NCBI GenBank assembly: GCA_000092065.1
Contig: CP000585.1
Origin: Ostreococcus lucimarinus
Taxonomy: Eukaryota
DNA: 64,000 nt
Reading direction: 5' to 3' (one strand)
In this document: piece by piece, positions 48,472-55,081 of the stretch
Layout: every line of letters starts with the position of its first letter
Numbering within the stretch: the stretch's first letter is position 1
The notes under the pieces: generated by a model
What the model saw: the letters and a program-made list of their open reading frames with translations, nothing else
The model's database searches: none
What the model was told of the DNA's origin: nothing
Program-made: the position numbers and the translations under genes

Positions 48472-49563
48472 GAAACGGATGAGAATCGAAGCGCGACGTT
48501 ACTGAGCGGACAAGATTTGCTCAAGCGCATTCGCGCGCAGTACGCGTCGGACGACCGTCCGTATCAGGCGTTTTTACAGACGTTGATTAAGTTTAGGAAC
48601 AAGCAGTTCAGCGCGGAAGAGGTGGTGCAGAAGTGTGCGATATTGTTTTATGATCATCCGCAGTTATTGGAGGGTGAAAATGGGTTGGCCACCTTTGTGC
48701 CGAAGACGTGCAAGCCGCCGACGCGGTCGTCGTGGTTCGAGTGGAGTCCGGCGGTGCATCATCGCTTCAGCAGCGAGAGCTTTCGATTGTTCGTGCGCAC
48801 GTTGTTATTGTGTGAGTATAAAAGTCGCTTAACGCCGCCGGAGCCGAAGATGCGGCGTTGGCGTCTGACGGATGGCGACAGTAGCGAGTCGGATAGCGAC
48901 GACTACACGTCGTCGGACGAGAGCGAAAGCGAGAGTTCGACGGTGATAGAAAAAGAGTCTGGCACGCTTCGACCGGATCAAATTCCCGATCGATGGGTGG
49001 GTAAAATACACGACCGAACGTTGAGCGCGTTCGAGCGCCTGACTTTAGAGCTCAAACCGAAAGACGAAGAGTATTGCTGGGCCGACACCAAGGCGGCGCG
49101 CGAAGCCAAGGAGAGCAAGGACGCGATCGAACTTCGGGGCAAGCGCGGTCGCGGCGAAGAGCGAGATTTCACGACGACGCCTCGAGATTCACCATCACCG
49201 CCGCCGTCGTTTAATAAACGGCGCGCGAGCGCTCGCATCGTGGCCAAGGTGAACCGAGGCATCGTGTACAACCGCTATCGCAGCTTGGCGTCCCCCGACG
49301 GTCTCTCGCGCGGTCGCATGCGCATGACGCGATCGATGAGCACGGTGGACGACACCTTGCCCGCCAAACCAGATCGCAAGTTCTTGATCAATCGTGACGA
49401 AGGCAAGATGTCCCCGCTGTGCGCCGAGCGCATCGGATTACACTCCCTGCCCGCCGTCGCGCTCGAGAAAATCATCGCGTGCTACAGCGCGCAAGAGGGC
49501 GTCGCCGAGCTCAATCAAATTCGCGAGTCTCTGATCAAATCGCTCATAAAAAATAATAGGTAA
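48472..49563 (+). CDS. Sin3-like PAH protein, last exon (PAH2 plus a Ser/Asp-rich C-terminal region)
   Basis: The acceptor is gcgacgcag|GAAACG with gtGACTGACtg 38 nt upstream. PAH2 is [63 protein letters not shown]. The frame differs from exon 2, which requires an intron ending here. Confidence 0.6.
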   Translation, partial: ETDENRSATLLSGQDLLKRIRAQYASDDRPYQAFLQTLIKFRNKQFSAEEVVQKCAILFYDHPQLLEGENGLATFVPKTCKPPTRSSWFEWSPAVHHRFSSESFRLFVRTLLLCEYKSRLTPPEPKMRRWRLTDGDSSESDSDDYTSSDESESESSTVIEKESGTLRPDQIPDRWVGKIHDRTLSAFERLTLELKPKDEEYCWADTKAAREAKESKDAIELRGKRGRGEERDFTTTPRDSPSPPPSFNKRRASARIVAKVNRGIVYNRYRSLASPDGLSRGRMRMTRSMSTVDDTLPAKPDRKFLINRDEGKMSPLCAERIGLHSLPAVALEKIIACYSAQEGVAELNQIRESLIKSLIKNNR

Positions 49564-49780
49564 CGAAGCACGCGCGCGCGCCGCCGCACGGCGCGCGATC
49601 GATGTAAAGGCTATCATACATGTGGCATTAAACTCGTCCGAGCGCGTCAAGACCTACCTCCGCGATCCGCCCTCGCGCGCGCGATCCCCGCGCGCGCGTC
49701 TCCCCTTCCCCGCGTCTCGCCGCGCGCGCGCGCCTCGGCGCGAAAACGCGTCTCTACCGATCCTTCGCGCCGTCGCGCGC

Positions 49781-49951
49781 TCAGTGCCCGCCCGGATTCA
49801 CAAACTTGCTCGCCTTTTTGTCCGCCTCCGTGATTCCCATCGTCGCGTAGACCACCGCCACGCCGACGGCGCCGATGCCGGTGAAGAACGGCCACGCCTT
49901 GGGGATCTCGCGCGTGAGCGCCGACAGAAAGCTCGTGTTCGCGTGCGGCAT
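49781..49951 (-). CDS. Small single-TM protein (56 aa), candidate plant-type mitochondrial ATP synthase 6 kDa subunit
   Basis: MPHANTSFLSALTREIPKAWPFFTGIGAVGVAVVYATMGITEADKKASKFVNPGGH. The WPFxxGxxxxG...G(I/L)TEE(D/A)xKxSKFV pattern resembles my recollection of the Arabidopsis mitochondrial ATP synthase 6 kDa subunit. The ATG at 49951 was verified. It lies in the 490-bp gap between the PAH gene and the Rab gene. Confidence 0.4.
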   Translation of the reverse strand: MPHANTSFLSALTREIPKAWPFFTGIGAVGVAVVYATMGITEADKKASKFVNPGGH

Positions 49952-50055
49952 CGGTGCGGCGCGCGGATTCGTGAGGCGTGCGCGAGGTCGAGGACGCGCG
50001 ACGGTGTCTGCGGTCTTCACATCGCGACGCGACGCGAACGCGCGACGCCGACGCC

Positions 50056-50667
50056 ATGACGAGCGACGACGCGCGCGCGTACGATCACCTGGTGAAAATC
50101 CTCCTCGTCGGCGACTCCGGGGTCGGGAAGTCGTCGCTGCTCGCGCGATTCATCAGCGATTCGTTCGACGAGCAGGGCCCGACGGTGGGCGTGGACTTTA
50201 AACTGAAACACGTCGACGTCGACGGGACGAGGCTGAAGCTCACGGTGTGGGACACCGCGGGACAGGAACGGTTTCGAACGCTGACGAGCTCGTATTACAG
50301 AGGCGCGCACGGGGTCGTGTTCGTGTACGACGTGACGTCGAGGGAAAGCTTTGAGAACGCGCGCGAGACGTGGCGAAAGGAGGTGGAGATGTACGGAACG
50401 ATCGCGAATTCGGTGAAGATTGTGATTGGAAATAAGATCGATAGGGAAGATGAACGAACGGTGGCGCGGAAGGAGGGCGTGGCGTTCGCGAAGGAGTATG
50501 GGTGCTTGTTTCTGGAGTGCAGCGCGAAGACCAAGGTGCGCGTGGCGGAGGCGTTCGACGAGTTGGTCAAGGGGATTTTGGACGCGCCGGGGTTGTTGGT
50601 GGACGAAGTCGACGATGGGGTGAAACTCGGCGCGTATGCCGATCGCGCGGGCGGTGGGTGCTGCTGA
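50056..50667 (+). CDS. Small GTPase, Rab18-like
   Basis: LLVGDSGVGKSSLL (G1), TVGVDF (effector), WDTAGQE (G3), GNKID (G4), SAK (G5) and a C-terminal GGGCC prenylation motif. Overall similarity is to Rab18 (FRTLTSSYYRGAHGV). The ATG at 50056 was verified. Confidence 0.85.
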   Translation: MTSDDARAYDHLVKILLVGDSGVGKSSLLARFISDSFDEQGPTVGVDFKLKHVDVDGTRLKLTVWDTAGQERFRTLTSSYYRGAHGVVFVYDVTSRESFENARETWRKEVEMYGTIANSVKIVIGNKIDREDERTVARKEGVAFAKEYGCLFLECSAKTKVRVAEAFDELVKGILDAPGLLVDEVDDGVKLGAYADRAGGGCC

Positions 50668-50859
50668 AGAACGCGAGCGGTACCGCGCCGTCGCGGGCGA
50701 GGAAGGAAATGAAACTCGCCGCGACGCATGTTGTAATCTAGAGATAGTATTGAAAGATCTTCAAAAAGCTACAGGCGCGCTCTCGGATCGGTCGAGACAT
50801 GGTTCGTCGCCTCGACGTGTCGCGAGCGCATTTTTACGTGTACAAACATCGACTCGCAT

Positions 50860-51312
50860 CTAGAGTGGCGCGGCGATGACTGCCTCATACTTCTTAACCG
50901 TCGTCATCAACGAGAGATCGAAGAACTTTTCGCCGATGCTCGCCGTCAAACCACCGATCAATCGAGGGTCAACCACGGCCTCGATCTTCAGCGTCGAGCC
51001 CGATGGGGCGTGGCCCTTGATGGATTCCGTAACCTTGGTGAGCTGCGCCGGGGTGAGCGCCTGCGCCGTCGTGATGACGCACTTCACCTCGTTACGGGAA
51101 GCCATGCATTGCTCTTCGAAGCGAAGCGAAATCTTGTGCAACTCCTTCAGCCGTCCGTACTCCGCCATCGTGGCGACGAAGTTGCTCGTGATCGGCGTAA
51201 ACTTCGCGCCCGCGCAAAATTCCTTGACGCCCGCCAACTTCTTGCTCTTCGCCATCGACGGATCCATCAGAAACTGCTTAAACTTGAGATCTTTCTCGAC
51301 CAAAGCCGTGAG
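50860..51312 (-). CDS. ATP5O: ATP synthase OSCP (F1Fo subunit O/delta), exon 3
   Basis: ...AVVDPRLIGGLTASIGEKFFDLSLMTTVKKYEA is the OSCP C-terminal signature. The exon begins at a tgtag|CTCACGGCT acceptor in phase 0. The intron is 51313-51430 with GACTGAC 27 nt upstream of the AG. Confidence 0.75.
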   Translation of the reverse strand, partial: LTALVEKDLKFKQFLMDPSMAKSKKLAGVKEFCAGAKFTPITSNFVATMAEYGRLKELHKISLRFEEQCMASRNEVKCVITTAQALTPAQLTKVTESIKGHAPSGSTLKIEAVVDPRLIGGLTASIGEKFFDLSLMTTVKKYEAVIAAPL

Positions 51313-51430
51313 CTACATCGATGAAATCACGCGCGCGTCGATCGTCGTCAGTCACTCGTCCTCGTCTCGCCGTCGTCGTTCCGTCCCCTCTCTCTCGCGC
51401 GCGTCGCTCGTCTCGCGCTTTCAAACTCAC

Positions 51431-51535
51431 CTGCGCCACTTCACTCTCAACCGCGGCCAAAGACCCAGCCTTCGTCGCCGCGACGTACAACGCCGTGGCG
51501 TACCGTCCGCTCGTCCCGAATTGTTGCAAAGGCGC
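51431..51535 (-). CDS. ATP5O: ATP synthase OSCP, exon 2 (APLQQFGTSGRYATALYVAATKAGSLAAVESEVAQ)
   Basis: GRYATALY...A.K is the conserved OSCP N-terminal helix. The donor is GCGCAG|GTGAGT and the acceptor is cgacgcag|GCGCCTTTG, with an in-frame TGA just upstream. The M of the ORF is TTG, so it is not a start. Confidence 0.65.
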
Positions 51536-51846
51536 CTGCGTCGTTCCGCCCGCGTCCCAAAGTCAGTCCCCGCGCCCGATCCCCCCCCCCCCGCGCCCAC
51601 GCCTCGCCGTCCCGTCCCTCGCCCTCGTCCATCGCGTCCTCGAATTTCCCACGCACCTTCACGTCCCCCCCGCTCGCCCCCTTCGCGCTCGCCGTCGCGT
51701 ACGTTCGCTGCGAAGCGTCGTCGTCCGTCAGTCCTCGCGCGTCCCGATCGAATCTTCGCGCGCGTCGTCGCGCGTCGCCGTCGCGCGTCGCCGCGCGATT
51801 CGCGTCGCGTCGCATCGCGCGAATTTCGTCTCGCGCGTTCGCGCAC

Positions 51847-51894
51847 CTCGAGCGTCGATCGCGCGGTCGCGCATCGCGCGAGTCGTCGAAGCAT
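51847..51894 (-). CDS. ATP5O: Candidate first exon of the OSCP gene (MLRRLARCATARSTLE: start codon plus a short mitochondrial presequence)
   Basis: The ATG at 51894 was verified. The donor is GAG|GTGCGC, in phase 0 with exon 2. The joined product MLRRLARCATARSTLE-APLQQFGTSGRYATALY mirrors the presequence-to-mature junction of other OSCPs. The implied intron 1 (51536-51846, 311 bp) contains GACTGAC 24 nt upstream of its AG and a C12 homopolymer. Confidence 0.35.
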
Positions 51895-52058
51895 CGCGTC
51901 GTCCGCGTGTGCGGGTCGCGCGCGCGCGGGTCGACCGCGCCGCGCGGAAATCGCACGCGCGCGCGGCGCCGAGCTCGTAACACCAAAGACCAAAGCCGGC
52001 GCGCGTCCATCGCGCGCGGCACACGCGCGCGCGACGGCGAGCGCGCGCGACGACGCGC

Positions 52059-55046
52059 ATGGCGCGACGACGCGAGCGCACGCGTCGACGCGCGCGCTCG
52101 CGCGCGCGATGGACGCTCGGCGTCGTCGGAAGCGCGGTCTGCGCCTGCGCGACCGCGATCCGAGGCGCGCGCGCGGGCAACGCCATCGGCGCGGCGCTGC
52201 GCGCGACGGGAGGCGCGACGCGCGATGGGCGCGATGGTGGACGGGAAAACGATGGCGCGCGCGGGACGACGCGAGCGAGCGCGAGGGCGAGCGATGGGGC
52301 GAACGCGGTGGGCGTGGAGGAGCTGGACGAGAACGCGCGCGAGAGCGAAACCGCGGCGGCGATTCGTTCGGGCGCGCGGGTTCGATTGACGGACGCGCGA
52401 GCGCGAGAGATGCTGAGTGGGACGATGATGGCGATGTACGGTGGCTTAGGGGAGACCGGGGAGACGACGAATTCGATGGACGTGCTCGTCGGGAGCGGGA
52501 GCGGGGATTATCTGGCGTGGTGTCGACGCGGCGAGCGCGCGAGCGCGGCGCCGGCGGTGGCGAGTGTGGGCGCGGCGGTGCACGCGGACGCGAACAAAGT
52601 CATGTTTCACGGCGGGTACAAGGTTTGGGACGCTGGCAGCGAGTTTGAGGACTTTGCCTCGACGCGCGCGTTTGATATGAAGACGGGTGAGTTTGAATGC
52701 CTCACCGCCGGAACCGCCGAAAACGAAAAGGCTGCGCTGGGCCAGACCCACGGCGCGTGCCCGAAACTCCACGGCGCGCACACTGGTAAGCGCGACGAAG
52801 AAGTGGCCGTCATTACCACTAAGCCGATTCGTTTGCCGAAAGCAGTGGCGAAGAAAGAGACGGCTCACGTCGAGGCCGCGCTCGGTAAACACTTGACTCG
52901 CCCAGAGCTTCCCGCGATCGACGTCGAAGACGAGGAAGACGACGCGACAACGAGCTCTGTTGAAGAAACTACCGATGGCGAAGGTGCGTCTGAGCTGGGC
53001 AGTGAGTCCAAGCAGCACGCCATGATCATCTTTGGTGGTCGCGACGAGAACGACCAACGCTTGGACACCGTCTACGCGCTCGGTCTCGAAGACAAGAAAT
53101 GGCGGAAGATTGAGTACGAACTTCCAGACGAGCGAGACGACATGGTGCCCCAAGGACCGTTTGAAATGCCACTCATCGTGAAGAACGAGCATAAAAACGG
53201 GAAACCGTTTCCGCTTGGGCGTTCGGGCGCCACCGCGGTGGTGACCAAGGACAATAAGATGATTATTTACGGCGGCTTTGTCGTCGAGGGCCGCCTCGGT
53301 TTCAACGTCGGTGAAACGCTCGTGCTTGATTTAGATAAGATGAAGTTCAGCTACCCGATGACGAGTGGCTCTATTCCAGTTCGTCGTAACAAACACTCTG
53401 CAGTTCTTGACAACGAGAATCGCATGTGGATGTGGGGCGGTTCGGTTTGGGATCACACCGGAGGTAGCTCGACGTATGCGTCCACGGCGACGTACTACGC
53501 CGACGTGAGCAACCCCAAGTCCATCGTATGGCATCGTGTGGAAACGAAAGGCAAACCGCCGAGTCAGCGTCGATTCCATTCAGCCATCATCGTGGACGGC
53601 GGCATGTACATCATCGGCGGTGAAGACTATCGCACTCGGACGTACCTGAACGACGTCCACAGGCTCGACTTGAAGACGTTCACTTGGACGCAGCCCGCTG
53701 TTCTAGGTGGTCTCGAAGGTGGTCGAATCCGTTCGAGCATGTTCCCGTGGGTAACGGATGCGTTCAAGAAGCTGGCGCATCCTGAGGCGAGTTTAGGCAA
53801 GTCTCACCACGAGCACACGCACGACGACAAACACGAAGAAGATTTGAAGCGGAAGGTCTCGATCAAGGACGCGGATGAGGAAAAGCCAAAGGATGAAAAA
53901 AAGGACGAAACTAATGCTTTTTCGATCGACATTTCTACGTGCGGCAAAGGTGAACAGGCGCGCGTGCGCACCGGCGAGAACCAGCCTGAAATTGAGAACT
54001 TGATCTCGGTGCTCGTCGATGGTTCAACTTTGGCTTCCAAAAACGGAGCTCTCGGCGCGGAAGACCCGACCGACGCCGCATCGTTGGCAGCTAGTCTCGC
54101 TAGCAATGGCTGGCTTGCAAACACTGCTCGTGGAGCCTCGATTATGTCTGAATCCAGCATGGTGTGGCGCAAGGCGCCGAGTGTCGGCGAAAGCGAAGGC
54201 GTCCCGGGTTGGATCACTGATGCCGGCGGGCGCGATAGTTCGATCTTGACTGAAACTCTCGACGCAGATCCGGATGCGGCGAGCATCGAGGAGCGATTAC
54301 TCGCCGCCGTCAAGGCAGTGTCTAGTGACACAAAACTTAAGTCGAGCGGCGGTAGCGCGCACGCGGTGAAGAAATCTGAAACCAAGGAACACGAGAAAGC
54401 ATCGCCGAAGAAGCGCGTCGACTCAGAAGATGAAGATGACGAAAAGAAGACAAAGAAGAGTTCGCATCACGAGTCTTCGCCTCATCACAAATCATCGCGC
54501 GACCACGACGACGAGGACGAAGATGCCGAGGAGCCTAAATCCTTGAAATCGTCGCATCATAAGTCGTCCAAAGAGGCCAACCACGAGGATGACGACGAGG
54601 AATCGGAACACAAGACACATCACGGTTCTCGCCACAAAGACGAAGACGAAGACGAAGACGAAGACGAATCACGACACTCGTCTCACTCTCACTCGGCGTC
54701 TCACAAGAAGGAAAAGGTTCACCTCTCTGGTGCGGCCAAGATGCTTCAGATGATTCAATCCCAAGGTGCCGATGAGGCGAGGCTGGGTCGGGTCGCGAAC
54801 ATTCGCGCCGGCGACTCGGCACGTCACTTTTACTTGTGGAGCGGCGTCGCTCTGGTGGCGATCGCTGCGGCGATTCTTATCAACCAAAAGAAGACCGAGA
54901 AGAAGCAAGAGAGTGACGTCGAGCGAATTCCCTTAGTTTTGAGTAGCTCGTCGATCTCTGACTCGCCAAACAAGAGCGCCACGTGGCAGCAAGAAGCGTT
55001 AGCTCGCAGAGGGGTCAGGTATGGCGACGATTTTGACGAGCCATAG
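52059..55046 (+). CDS. Kelch-repeat (galactose-oxidase-like beta-propeller) protein with an N-terminal signal-like segment, an acidic His-rich tail and a C-terminal TM anchor
   Basis: Kelch-like blades include KVMFHGGYKVWD..., HAMIIFGGRDENDQRLDTVYALGLEDKKWRKI, KMIIYGGFVVEG..., RMWMWGGSVWDH... and GMYIIGGEDYRTRTYLNDVHRLDLKTFTWT. The tail is HHKSSKEANHEDDDEESEHKTHHGSRHKDEDEDEDEDESRHSSHSHSASHKK. The TM is YLWSGVALVAIAAAILI. The ATG at 52059 was verified. Confidence 0.65.
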   Translation: MARRRERTRRRARSRARWTLGVVGSAVCACATAIRGARAGNAIGAALRATGGATRDGRDGGRENDGARGTTRASARASDGANAVGVEELDENARESETAAAIRSGARVRLTDARAREMLSGTMMAMYGGLGETGETTNSMDVLVGSGSGDYLAWCRRGERASAAPAVASVGAAVHADANKVMFHGGYKVWDAGSEFEDFASTRAFDMKTGEFECLTAGTAENEKAALGQTHGACPKLHGAHTGKRDEEVAVITTKPIRLPKAVAKKETAHVEAALGKHLTRPELPAIDVEDEEDDATTSSVEETTDGEGASELGSESKQHAMIIFGGRDENDQRLDTVYALGLEDKKWRKIEYELPDERDDMVPQGPFEMPLIVKNEHKNGKPFPLGRSGATAVVTKDNKMIIYGGFVVEGRLGFNVGETLVLDLDKMKFSYPMTSGSIPVRRNKHSAVLDNENRMWMWGGSVWDHTGGSSTYASTATYYADVSNPKSIVWHRVETKGKPPSQRRFHSAIIVDGGMYIIGGEDYRTRTYLNDVHRLDLKTFTWTQPAVLGGLEGGRIRSSMFPWVTDAFKKLAHPEASLGKSHHEHTHDDKHEEDLKRKVSIKDADEEKPKDEKKDETNAFSIDISTCGKGEQARVRTGENQPEIENLISVLVDGSTLASKNGALGAEDPTDAASLAASLASNGWLANTARGASIMSESSMVWRKAPSVGESEGVPGWITDAGGRDSSILTETLDADPDAASIEERLLAAVKAVSSDTKLKSSGGSAHAVKKSETKEHEKASPKKRVDSEDEDDEKKTKKSSHHESSPHHKSSRDHDDEDEDAEEPKSLKSSHHKSSKEANHEDDDEESEHKTHHGSRHKDEDEDEDEDESRHSSHSHSASHKKEKVHLSGAAKMLQMIQSQGADEARLGRVANIRAGDSARHFYLWSGVALVAIAAAILINQKKTEKKQESDVERIPLVLSSSSISDSPNKSATWQQEALARRGVRYGDDFDEP

Positions 55047-55081
55047 ACAGTTTGTGTAGTTCTAAGATAATCAAGTACAAA

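Noticed and set aside
51278-51529. ORF-track Met codons for the OSCP exons (51529 MQQFG..., 51303 MVEKD...)
   Set aside because: Both are TTG codons picked up by the ORF tool, not ATG. OSCP is assembled from three spliced exons instead.
50876-52648. 590-aa plus-strand ORF, and 51321-51980, 51447-52022, 51728-52186 and 51907-52389
   Set aside because: They are Arg/Ala/Pro-rich, antisense to the OSCP exons, or out of frame with the kelch gene. They are GC-driven.
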